Origin: Paraphysomonas bandaiensis
Taxonomy: Eukaryota; Protista; Chrysophyceae
Reading direction: 5' to 3'
Length of the DNA: 64,000 nt
Assembly (NCBI GenBank): GCA_965644295.1
Contig: CBFFRP010000127.1
Location: 197,136-261,135 of the forward strand
The notes under the pieces were generated by a model. That model did not search any database. It was given only the letters and a program-made list of their open reading frames with translations, and was not told the DNA's origin. The stretch's first letter is position 1; every line of letters starts with the position of its first letter. Below, piece after piece: positions 38,736 through 50,449 of this stretch. Made by a program: the position numbers and the translations under genes.

Positions 38736-39481
38736 CTTCTGATTTTAATATCGTATACTCAATAACTATATCATTCGTGATTGTACTCTAAAAATGAAAT
38801 ACGCGGCAATAATTCCATTATAGACTATAGATTCCATTATAGCTTGTTTAACATGAACACACACCATAATCCTTTATAGTACTGTTTAACATAATTTTAA
38901 AAATTGATACTTATTATATTTAGAGTATAGATAATTATGTTAAACCATACTTCAACTGCCTTCAAGCTGTCATAATCAACTGCCTTACAAGTTGTCATTT
39001 GTCATAGTTCGAAATAAAAGCCTCCTGATATCCTTCTGTGCAAAGTTGATTATACCTGAGCGTAGATGCATGAGCCCATATTGTCTAGAATCGTTGCTAT
39101 TACTTGTTGTGGGATGCTTATGCCCTCCATGAAGCCCTGCAAGAGGATCCTGACATGACAGTGGAGAGTGAGAAGCAGTATTAACGATTCGCAATCTGTA
39201 GCTACAAGTTACACTAAATCTGTAATAAATGGAGCACTACACTATCTATATGAGCGGATCCATCTACTTAGGCATTAATAGCCATTATAATTGTACTACA
39301 TCCTAGCTATCTATGTTCTATTCCCTAATGCATAGTAGTTTACTTTGATAAAGGCTTGTGAGAGAGATAATAGCTTGATGTAGCACATGTGAACCACGTC
39401 ATTAATTACACTACTTATAATATAACACATAACGAAACATTAATTCGTAAAGCAGTGACAGTTAATTGGAAGGTTATATGC

Positions 39482-40843
39482 TTAGTACTCCTCACCGAAG
39501 TCCTCCTCCTCGCCTTCGCCCTCAGCAGTCTCAGCACCGACCTCTTCGTAATCCTTCTCAAGGGCGGCAAGATCCTCACGAGCCTCAGAGAACTCGCCTT
39601 CCTCCATACCCTCACCGACATACCAGTGAACAAAGGCACGCTTGGCGTACATAAGATCGAACTTGTGGTCAATGCGGGAGAGAGCCTCGGCAATAGCGGT
39701 GGTATTGGAAACCATGCACACGGCGCGCTGGACACGGGCAAGATCTCCACCAGGGACAACAGTTGGGGGCTGGTAGTTAATGCCGCACTTGAAACCGGTG
39801 GGGCACCAGTCCACGAACTGAACAGTTCTCTTTGTCTTGATGGTGGCCACAGATGCGTTCACATCCTTGGGGACAACATCACCTCTGTACATGAGACAGC
39901 AGGCCATATATTTGCCGTGACGAGGATCGCACTTAGTCATCATATTGCTGGGCTCAAACACAGAGTTTGTAATCTCAGCAACAGATAGCTGCTCGTGGTA
40001 TGCCTTCTCAGCAGAGATGATAGGAGCATATGAGGTAAGCATAAAGTGGATACGAGGGTAGGGCACCAAGTTGGTCTGGAACTCAGAGATATCCACGTTA
40101 AGAGCACCATCGAAACGAAGAGATGCAGTCAAAGAAGAAACAACCTGAGCAATAAGACGGTTCAAGTTGGTGTAGGTTGGGCGCTCAATATCGAGGTTGC
40201 GGCGGCACACATCGTAGAGAGCCTCGTTATCGAGACAGAAAGTGCAGTCAGTGTGCTCAAGGAGAGAGTGAGTGGAAAGCACGTGGTTGTAAGGCTCAAC
40301 AACAGCGGTGGCCACCTGAGGAGCGGGGGTCACAGTGAAGGAGAGCTTTGACTTGCGGCCGTAATCAACGGAAAGTCTCTCAAGGAGAAGAGATCCAAGA
40401 CCAGATCCAGTACCACCACCAGTGGCGTGGAAGATCATGAATCCCTGAAGACCAGTACAGTTGTCAGCAAGTTTACGCACTCTGTCCAACACAAGATCAA
40501 CAATCTCCTTGCCAATGGTGTAGTGTCCTCTGGCGTAGTTGTTGGCAGCATCCTCCTTGCCGCTGATCACCTGCTCAGGGTGGTACAGCTGTCTGTAGGT
40601 GCCAGTGCGGACTTCGTCACATACACCAGGCTCCAAGTCAACCATCACAGCTCTGGGAACGTGTTTGCCAGCACCAGTCTCTGAGAAGAAGGTGTTGAAA
40701 GAGTCGTCACCGCCGCCAACGGTCTTGTCGCTGGGCATCTGGCCGTCAGGCTGGATTCCGTGCTCGAGGCAGTAAAGCTCCCAGCATCCGTTTCCGGCCT
40801 GAACACCGGCTTGTCCAATGTGAATAGAGAGGCACTCGCGCAT
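39482..40843 (-). CDS. TUBA: Alpha-tubulin, copy 2 (protein identical to copy 1)
   Basis: Same translation as 16171-17532; about a dozen nucleotide differences seen, all synonymous. Confidence 0.99.
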   Translation of the reverse strand: MRECLSIHIGQAGVQAGNGCWELYCLEHGIQPDGQMPSDKTVGGGDDSFNTFFSETGAGKHVPRAVMVDLEPGVCDEVRTGTYRQLYHPEQVISGKEDAANNYARGHYTIGKEIVDLVLDRVRKLADNCTGLQGFMIFHATGGGTGSGLGSLLLERLSVDYGRKSKLSFTVTPAPQVATAVVEPYNHVLSTHSLLEHTDCTFCLDNEALYDVCRRNLDIERPTYTNLNRLIAQVVSSLTASLRFDGALNVDISEFQTNLVPYPRIHFMLTSYAPIISAEKAYHEQLSVAEITNSVFEPSNMMTKCDPRHGKYMACCLMYRGDVVPKDVNASVATIKTKRTVQFVDWCPTGFKCGINYQPPTVVPGGDLARVQRAVCMVSNTTAIAEALSRIDHKFDLMYAKRAFVHWYVGEGMEEGEFSEAREDLAALEKDYEEVGAETAEGEGEEEDFGEEY

Positions 40844-41256
40844 GTTGTTGTTGTTGTTTGTGGGTAAGTTAACTCGCAAATGTTTGTCTTTGTCGAAGTA
40901 ACGAAATTATGAATCACTGCACACTTCAAATCCTCTCATGCTCATGCCATTTGAAACCGACATATCTTGAAGGGTCACAAGAAAATTAGAATCTTCAAGG
41001 ATTTTTTATTATTTTCAGTTTATTGATGTCGGGGTCAGAAGTTTGTTTTCAGTTTTGTCGTTTGAAGATTTGAAGTATAATTGGCAGACCACAAGGCCTT
41101 GACACCATCAAATCACCTCCCATATAAGCTACAGCTATATTACGACTGGATTTAATTTACTTAACTTCTGTTTAGCGCATTGAATAGGATAGGACAGGTT
41201 AGTGCTGCCTTCGGTATATAATTTTTATTTTCTTTGTAATTTCCTATTCAGTTGAA

Positions 41257-41772
41257 ATGGGAAAGGATCACAGAGTTACCCTTAAGAGTCGCCATGCGTA
41301 CCGCACTCTTTCAAACAGAGTGAAGACCATCAAGACCCCTGGTACGATGTTTTGGTAGACCAAAAGATGTAATTGATTGGAATAATCTAGGTGGCCGCTA
41401 CACCTCTCAGCTTATTGCCAAGGCAAGAAAGGGCCCCATCTGCGGTGATTGTGGCATTTCTCTTCCTGGGGTAAGCAACATATGACTATATATCATAATG
41501 ATAATAATAACATCTTATATATTAGATCAAGCACATGAACTCTAATGAGTTCAAGAACGCCAAGAAGCGTGAGAAGACTGTCTCTCGTGCCTACGGTGGA
41601 TCTCGCTGCGGAAACTGTGTCAGACAAAGGTTAGTTCCTATTTTCTCACTCTATGTTGTTGTGATATGTTCTTTACTACTGTAGAATTGTTCGTGCTTTC
41701 TTGATTGAGGAGCAGAAGATTGTGAAGAAGGTCTTGGCCGAGAAGTCGAAGAAGACCAAGAAGTCTGATTAA
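41257..41772 (+). CDS. RPL34: 60S ribosomal protein L34 (eL34); exons 41257-41341, 41391-41470, 41526-41629, 41685-41772
   Basis: Absent from the ORF track. Spliced translation: [83 protein letters not shown]. Confidence 0.96.
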
Positions 41773-42161
41773 ATTTCTCATGGAAAATACTGTACTTATC
41801 CCTTAATAATGGAGCTATCCTTAACACTTACATTGTTGCGACCCACTCCATGAGCGTTTCCTACTGTAGTTATTGTTGCATATTTCTGTTGTCAACTCAT
41901 TATGCAGTCCCGTATTTGATCCCCGCTTACAACTTACAATTCCGTGATTGCAAACGGTGCTCGATAACTTTTCTCATTATACAAAATACGAAGAAGGGCA
42001 TGTTGTTATCAATAACCACTCTCTGCAGTTCGGCTCAACTGTATGATATATTATACATTCCTTAGTTCAAACTATATAAAATTCAATCTATCAGAAGCAG
42101 CTAGATTGTTGTTTCTGGCTTAACCCTTTAAGGGTTCTGGTAATATATTAAATCATTGTCA

Positions 42162-42412
42162 CGGTAATATATTGACCCTACTAAATTTAACCGCTGTTCC
42201 TACTATATACTATAATTAAAAAGTGCCATTTGTTTCTACTATATTTTGCTGACGTTCCTATTAAATTAATAAGTCAACTCAGCCTACTAATTGTTTCAGA
42301 CATTCCTTCTAAGTTAATTTTTTTTTATTATACTAAATTTCAATACGGCTCAACTGCTATTTTTATTTTAGTAGGAACAAATGGTAAATCTAGTAGGTTT
42401 AAACATGACACC
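42162..42412. mobile_element. MITE family M, copy 2
   Basis: CGGTAATATATTGACCCTACTAAATTT ... TAGTAGGTTTAAACATGACACC with the same internal repeats as copies 1 and 3. Confidence 0.65.
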
Positions 42413-42720
42413 AGGCATTGGCATGACAGGTTATTCTCTGAAATTATAGTTCACAGCACTATTTGTTAATATGTCGGTAGCTTGCAAGGCATCTTGATCT
42501 AGAGCATTGGAGTTGGCATAGCGTTTCCTACACTTACAACTCATTTTTCTATCTCTCTATCTTTGCTTATATTTCAATAACGAGTGTGTGGTATCAAGAA
42601 TATATATATTATGATATATAATCAGCATTGTAACAAAAATCTCCATTCAAACACTTCTGTTACCCCGCCTCCCGCACGCACAAACGAATTTCCCAGCTAC
42701 ATGATAGTTACAGTTACCAC

Positions 42721-43492
42721 CTAGGCATCACCAGCAGTATCAAGAGCCATATTCAATTCCGTAACTCTAGCAGCGATTGATAAATCCATAACTTTATCAC
42801 CAATTAAAATCTGTAGCCCACCAATAATATTTGAATCCTCCTTAAAGGTGAGGTCAACCTTCTTCCCCTTGCCAATCATGGACATGACGGCGTTCTCAAC
42901 ATCCTTCGCCTGCTGCTTTTTGAGCGGTTCCGCGCTGATAATAGTAGCAGTGACATTTCCGCGGGCGGTATCCCTGAGCTCAAAGAATGCACTTGCAACC
43001 TATAATACGTAAAAAGCCGTGGTGAAAGTGATATTCTAGAGCTACCTTGCCAGCGTCGGCAATTCTTCCGTTGGCAGACATTGTCATGAGCAAGTTTGTG
43101 GTAATGCTGGAAATTTTCTTCTGGCCAAGAATTTCGCCAACCTATTCAGGTGTTTACATACAATATTATAGCTCGATATTTCCATACCAATGATGCTTTC
43201 TCACCGCGTGAAACGGTGGGATTGGCGAGATAAGCAGCAAAAGTAGGACTTTTGTCAAGGGTGGTAGTAAATGCCATTAATTCATTCTCTACTTTATCCA
43301 ACACACCCGCCTAAAGCGAATAATAAATGAAATGAACATAAACCCAGTTATACAGACCTTGCTGGCTGCGGTGTATACGGCACCGGCATAGCGGCCTGTG
43401 GTGCCATGCAGTCTCTTGGGGGGAGCATGAGCTGCTTCTGAACAAAATGTTCTCACACTGGAACCGATTCTAGCAATACCACCACGCAACAT
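42721..43492 (-). CDS. ATP5O: Mitochondrial ATP synthase OSCP (delta) subunit, 4 exons
   Basis: Presequence, GRYAGAVYTAASK, YLANPTVSR, NLLMTMSANGRI, VTATIISAEPL and IIGGLQILIGDKVMDLSIAAR. Confidence 0.93.
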
Positions 43493-44026
43493 ATTCTCTT
43501 ATGCTCTATATAAACACACTAATGTAGTATATGGTAATGTAATGAGAACACCACACACCCCTATCCCATCCATATGTATACAACGACGATACATACACAC
43601 TCGACATACGCCACCATAAAAAAACACAGCACACTCAAGTAAAAACTGAAAAAAAATGCAGTGAATCTTAAATCGGCAATTTTCAGTGGAGATGGCCATA
43701 CGTACAATCCCAGTCCATACTGCCTACAATCACAATGCAGGGCAGATATCCACATCTAGACATCGAGGTATCTAGAGGACTGGACACGAGAATTGTCAGT
43801 GGACGGTGCATGTGAATAAAGAGACAGTACTATTGCTCAGTCTCTCTATCCGTCTCTATCAGGGAAACGATCTGTATCGAAAACAACAACAGCATGAATC
43901 GAAGGGCAGCACTAAAGAAACAGCTTCAGAGACACCAGCGTATTGAATTCGTGCTTTCCATATAAAATAAACATCACTAACTGATTCTTACTAACTACTA
44001 ACTGATGACACGTGTTCTCGATACTT

Positions 44027-44302
44027 CGGTAATGTATTTGTCCCTACAAAATTTCACCGATATTCTGATTAAACTAAAAAGTGCCATTTGTTCCTTCTAA
44101 AATTACTGACGTTCCAATTATACTAAAAGTGGCAGGTAAGTATACTAAATTCCAGAGATTCCTACTAAGTTACGAATTTTAATTGATTCTATTAAAAATA
44201 AATACGGCTCAACTGCCATTTTTAGTTTAGTAGGACCATCTGCAAAATTTAGTAGATACTAATGGCACTTCTTAGTTTAGTAGGAACAAATGGAAAATTT
44301 AG
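44027..44302. mobile_element. MITE family M, copy 3
   Basis: Same internal repeats as the other copies; flanked by the direct repeat TCTCGATACTT (44016-44026 and 44303-44313). Confidence 0.7.
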
Positions 44303-44546
44303 TCTCGATACTTTTCTAAAGCACAGATACTATACACAGAGGAATACTTCCATATTTTGGAATACTATATTCTATACTCAGGTGGATATGATGTTCGATA
44401 CATCTATGTAACAATCCACAACTGCAGCTTCTTTCATGTGAAAAGTGTACAGATGGACCGCGAATAGTAGCTATAACGCTTCGTTATTAAGTGGATCATT
44501 GCTTACTACGTTATAGACTACAACTCATTCAGGAATGCTACGAAAT

Positions 44547-47027
44547 CTACTTTCTTCGCTTATATTTACTCTTACTCTTAAATGACTTGTGTCCTAACTT
44601 TCCTCCCTTGCGGAGCTTCTTGTTTGGGTCGAATTCTGAAAACTCACTTTCTTTGGCCTGCTTTTGAAGTACTTTCTTCTTCACTTTAATTCCACCAGTG
44701 CTGCCATTCCAGTCATTCATATCGTGGTCAAGACCACCCACAGCGAAAACAGGTCGCCGAACTTTATCAGCTTTCGCTTTCTTTGAAATGTCTGATGGAG
44801 TTTTCTCTTTCAGCTGTTCAGCGTTTTCTCTCCTGGATACCTTAGCGCGCTTTACTGCCGCCTTATTTTGCACACCTAAATATTTATATCACAACTATAA
44901 AAAAATTACATATTGACACCCACTTTCTTCTTCGATCTCCTTGAGGGCTTCGATTCGCCTTCTTTTCTTTCTCGACAACCGGTGTTCTTTACTTTTACTT
45001 TTGGTCTCCTCGTCATCACGGTACTCATCCCGTAAGGCCATTTCCCTTATGCGCTCCTCTTCAGTCATAGTAGCTTCTCCACGGGCAGCGAGACTCTCTT
45101 CCTTAGCTCGCATGCGACTGGCTTCTTTTACGGCTTGTTTCTGAGTCTCTGTTTGATACCACGTTCGAGCTGGTCTGCTGTGAATTTCATCCTCATGCAT
45201 AAGAAGATTCTCTGCACGCTCCGCCTCACGCAGTGCAGTGTCTGTTTTCGCCTTCATTTTCTCTTCTCTATAGTACTGTGTAATAGCATCCTCTAATGAT
45301 GCAATTTTGGCAATATAGTGAGAGATGACGGCGGCCGGGATAGTACGACTAAGGACATTGATTCCACCTTGCTTACTTTGCGCAGCACCAGAGGCGTCCG
45401 ATTTAAGAAGATCTTTCATGACCTTTCGTCTTCCATCACTGACTAATGTCACTGATCTACCATTTCTGCCTGCACGAGCCGTACGCCCAACCCTATGAAC
45501 GTAAGTGCTTGTGGACCTCGGCATCTCAGCGTTAAGCACAGTCTGCACAGCAGATATATCTAGCCCTCTGGCAACAACATCCGTCGCAATAAGTACTTGG
45601 CACTCTCCCCGAGTAAAACGAAGCAATGCTTGTTCCCTCTGTGGCTGGGTCATATCTCCATGCAGCTCGCAGGCTGCCACGCCGGAATCGAGAAGTGTAA
45701 GCAACACGAAGAACCTATGTGCATCCCTCTTCGTCTCAAAGAACACGATTGCCCTCTGATTGAAGGTACGGCACACAAGTGCTGCCAGCATTGCCTCTTT
45801 GTCCTCGTCCCGCCTCACTCGCACGAATTCCTGCACTAGTCGAGGAGCGACGGTGGTGGCGTCCCCTTGCGTCTTAATACGCACTGGACGCTTAAGAGAA
45901 AGACGCGCAAGGTCGTCCACACCTGAGGTCATGGTCGCAGAGAATAACATGGTCTGCCTTGAATGTGGGCAATATTTTACGATTTCCTCTACCTCTTCTT
46001 GGAACCCAAGGTCCAGCAACCTGCACCAGTATCATCAAGATCGTGTCCCCGCCAAAAGCAGGTGTACTCACCTGTCTACTTCATCCAGCACAAGGACATC
46101 AAGATCGTCCAGTGTAACGGACCTACTATTCCGCAAGTGATCTATTATTCTACCAGGAGTACATACGACGACGTCGGGTCGATTTCGTAGAGTAGTTTCC
46201 TGAGAGCGCAAGTCCTTCTTACCACCACAAATCAGAGCGCAGGTGACGTCTGTGAACTGCGCTAGCTTCAGCAGTACAGAGTATATCTGTGTTGCCAGCT
46301 CTCTTGTAGGAGTGACCACCAACACACGGATAGCAGTTGCATCTCGAGGGCGGAAGAGCAATCGTTCTAGGAAGGGAAGAGCAAATGCGGCGGTTTTACC
46401 AGACCCAGTCAACGCACTGGCACAGATATCTCTTCCGGCTAGTGCAAATGGAATAACCTTTGCTTGTACAGGTGTAGGGTTAACATAGCCACATGCCTCT
46501 ACTGCACGTAGCAACGATCGGCTTAAGTTAAGTTCTATCAAAATATTAGTGCTTAGTGGTTCCAGGTGTAGTCACAGACCTGAAAACATACTACCCCCAG
46601 CACTGGTGTCTGCCTCTTCAACAATACTATCGAAGTAAGAAGCCTCCGTCTCGGCGTCCATACCTACAGGCTCCTCGACTACATCCCTCTTTCCCTTGGC
46701 TTTTTCCTTTGCTCGGATGGCTCTTTCCTCTATATAAAAATTCGATGGCGAGATCAATGACATCAAAATCATTTATGCATTACAAGCAGAAGACTCACCA
46801 GCATGCGGCATATCTCTGATATGGTCAGTAACAGCATCCATTTCTCCATTTGACACAGCGCTCTTTGTAGTCTTCATGCTTTTTTCTCTCTCTCTGCGCT
46901 GCTGCTGTTTGGAGGAATATCTGCCATCATCATACTCCAGTGTCAGGGACTCCTCCTCCTCCTCCTCTGACACTTCCTCGGGAGAAACCTCATCATCAGA
47001 CTCTATTGTAAACTGTGGGGGATCCAT
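44547..47027 (-). CDS. DRS1: DEAD-box RNA helicase DRS1/DDX27 (60S biogenesis), multi-exon
   Basis: LNLSRSLL, TPVQ, TGSGKT, PTRELA, TPGRIIDHLRN, DEVD, FSAT, HRVGRTARAGR, HSRPARTWYQT and C-terminal HKSFKSKSKYKRRK. Confidence 0.93.
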
Positions 47028-47422
47028 TCTGTTATGAAAGATGTTCTGCAGGCTTTAATGCAATGCAAGAACTGTCCGATGACTTGATAGCTACGGAGTC
47101 GAGCACTGTTCCATATATATCACATCACTGAATGGTTGGTAGGGACCTGGTATACGATTGTTATACCGCTGTATATGCAGATATATGAGATGGATGCATG
47201 TACCTATGTACGTTCTGTACCTATGCATCTACCTTTGTACAGTATGTAGCTATGTACCTATGTACGTATGATGTCGATATTGTGTAGGTGTATGTACGTA
47301 TATACTATATAGTCGTGGTGTTCTTCTTGCTTCTTAAGTGGTGGAGTGGTGGATGGGTGTAGATATATGTGCATAGAGGTAATTGCTGAGTGTGACTATA
47401 TATACGATATCTTATTGGCACT

Positions 47423-49484
47423 ATGAGGCTCAGTAGCAGTGACCCTCCTGTTATAACCCGCCGCTACGGCATACTATACATCTGTATGAAGCTACGTCAC
47501 ATGATGTCTCTAGTGTGGGTCCACAGCCAGATATGCTGGAGACTCCTGTGCAGACTACTCGGCTTCCTCGTTAGAGGCTCTAAAGTATGGATCGTCATGA
47601 CTCTGCGGCTTATAGCGTTCGTGATTCTATTGGCTCCTGGTTGGGTGGCTCTCATGCGTTATTATGTGTTTGACTCCTTTATTATACGCAATATTGAATA
47701 CGGTAAAGGGGCCAAGTATCGCAATCTATTGGATGTGTATCTCCCGCGACCATACAATCCTGGCGCACCTTCACAGAAGCGCAAACGACAAGGACAAGTC
47801 CCAGTTATTGTATTTGTGAGTGGGGGAGCTTGGATCATTGGGTACAAACTTTGGTCTGCTTTAATGGGGCGGGAATTTGCTCGCCAAGGTTATGTTGTTA
47901 TTGTGCCAGATTATAGAAACTTCCCACAGGGGAATATCGAAGATATGATGGATGATTTGAGAGGGGCTTTACAGTGGACAATCTGTAATTGCAGCATGTT
48001 TGGAGGCGACCCGAATCGCATCATGCTATCAGGACAAAGTGCCGGGGCTCACATCAGTCTGTGTGCTTTAGTTGAGCTATATGAAGAGAGTCAACGGCAG
48101 CGTCGTTCCACTGATGAGGCTGATACTGCAAGGCTAGGTGTGATTCAGAATACTCCAGCAATTGTATCCGCTGTTCCTATCAAGGGTAATGATGTACCCG
48201 GCATACCAACTCCTATTACAGGGTCAAGTGCTCGAAGCTGCCGAAGTTCTTCTGAAGGAGACGGGGGTAGTTTTTGGTGGGACGTGGACTCAAGTCCAAA
48301 CTCTTGTGAAGGAACTCCTGTTGATGCATCCCATAGTAGTGATGTGTTGCCCGAGTTACAGCATACTAACAGTGACGATGACAGTGCAGATTTCCTGGAC
48401 ACTCGTGATTGCGCTGATACTCCTGACGTAGGGTTGAACTGTGACCCTGCTCTAGATACAATAAACTCGGAGGTATCATCACCACCTACTCGCACACGGA
48501 GTGCAAGTTCCCCACTTCCTCATCCACTCCCCCAGGAATTAAACATGTTGGGACAAACGGAATACTCTTCTAATTTAATTAATGAGACTGCAATGCACAA
48601 TATGGATTTTTATGCCCGCGATCTTCATATATCTGATATCAAAATGTGAGTTTATCTATTAATTGGAGCCCAGAAGTCATGTTTTTACGTTGTTTTGTCC
48701 ACAAATATCTCTCTTTGTAGCGAAGTGCATTGATGTATTGCAATTGTAGTCTGTACTTTTACGTACTTTTTGTAGGTTCATTGGTATATCTGGACCTTAT
48801 AATATGGTTCGTCTGCTACACCATATGCATCTACGTGGTCTGGATGCTTCTATTTTGCATATCGTATTCAATTCAGATGTATCCCGGTATTCCCCAGTGC
48901 AGAGACTGGCTGCAATGGCGGGTCTTCCTCCACCCAAGATCCAAGGAGAGGAAGACGATAATAGTGTGCTTCGGATGACGTATAACAGTTTTTACGCCTA
49001 CATTTTTGGAGTTGAGGCTGATATGTATCCTGCGCAATCTTCTGTACCCGGTATGAGTGGGCTGGATGCAATTACTTCCACTTTTAGTAAAAACGTTAGA
49101 AGGGAGCACACAGAATCGAATGGACCGTCGAATGGAAGAAATCTTGATGGCTTCCCACAGGTGGCTCTGTTTCATGGCGGGAAGGATAATAGTATACCAT
49201 CGTCAGTGTGCGATGAGCTCTACGAAGTACTAACTCAATGTGGTGTTCCTGTGTCTAGCCGTGTGTATCCGACAATGTCTCATACCGATCCTATACTAGA
49301 GAATCTGTTGGCAGGGGAGACCCAACTGGTGGATGATATCACGGATATTATTGAGCGAAAATACGCCCCTATATACGACGATAGAAATACCAAACGATCA
49401 GACAGAGATGACTTGAGGGAGGATGCGCCTATAATGGTTTCGAAGAAACTTATCTACCTCGCCCGCATCATGAATCCGTTCTAG
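47423..49484 (+). CDS. Isoprenylcysteine alpha-carbonyl methylesterase (ICME)-like alpha/beta hydrolase; intron about 48646-48775
   Basis: RNLLDVYLP, VIVFVSGGAWIIGYK, PDYRNFPQG, GQSAGAH nucleophile elbow, FIGISGPYN, LFHGGKD, SHTDP and C-terminal ARIMNPF. Confidence 0.88.
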
Positions 49485-49782
49485 TTGCTCCAGACAGAAA
49501 TACAGAAAGGATTTCGTATATATTTGTAGTCTTAGCGGCATTTATGTTGAAGTTACATAATACGCTATGTTGTCACGAGAGTAATACGGGCATGCTTTGT
49601 AAATGCTAGTGTTATATTATTTATAGTCAGTATAGATTTACTGGTTTTTAATTATATATATTTTGAATATGGCCTACAGAGAAATAACCAACTTTATTGT
49701 CGAATTACAGTTCTATATGTTTGGTTTCAATTTCAGTCTGTATTATATATTACATTAAATGCGATGTTGTGTACACAGTAGG

Positions 49783-49970
49783 ATTATCAGCAATAGACGT
49801 GTAAGAGTCAGAACTAATGTAGCAAAACAATTTAACTCAGTAGTGCCTACTGAAGTCAAGCATACTGAAATAGTAGAATATCACACACATACAAGCGGAA
49901 AGGGCAGCCGGGCGCTTCTTGTGCCGCATATTAGGCATCCCACTTGCGCCGGGAAGGCGCTCCGTATCGT
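49783..49970 (-). mobile_element. LINE family B (or SINE-like) 3' fragment with a GC-rich structured head
   Basis: Tail shared with 20557-20640, ending ACGTCTATTGCTGATAA like family A; GC-rich stems at 49895-49965. Confidence 0.55.
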
Positions 49971-50449
49971 AATAAAACTCTTTCTTTTCACTCTAAGTTT
50001 CCATCCTTTTCACTATAATATTATCTATAATAATATTAATAATATACACCACTGCCCTCCAAGACGTACTGACTGCTCATATTCATGTCCGGGTCTGAAC
50101 TATCTCACCACACTTGTAGTTATAAAATCTTGAGCATCGTCACACTTGAGCACCAATTCCTTCACTCGGCCGCTACTTCAGGATTGTCGACTTTGTACAT
50201 CACGTGTGCAATGGAAGGGTCTCTAATAAATATGTTAAACGAGAAACCATATAAGCGCAGGAGCAAAATTACCTTCAGGTAATTTTAGGAGGGGATTAAA
50301 GGGAGGTTCTACATGTTGAGGGTGTGAATCACTTTCGCACAGCTGCGGGATTAGACAACATATACTCTTTCCGTCTTCATGAGGCTAGAATTGTCGTGCC
50401 CGCACTACTATATTCCTGGATAGCCAAATATAGTGCTCAGGATATATAT

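Noticed and set aside
50395-50449. Short match to copia RNase H (TTCCTGGATAG..AGTGCTCAGGATAT, as at about 21665-21700)
   Set aside because: Too short to delimit an element; probably a relic interrupted by the LINE.
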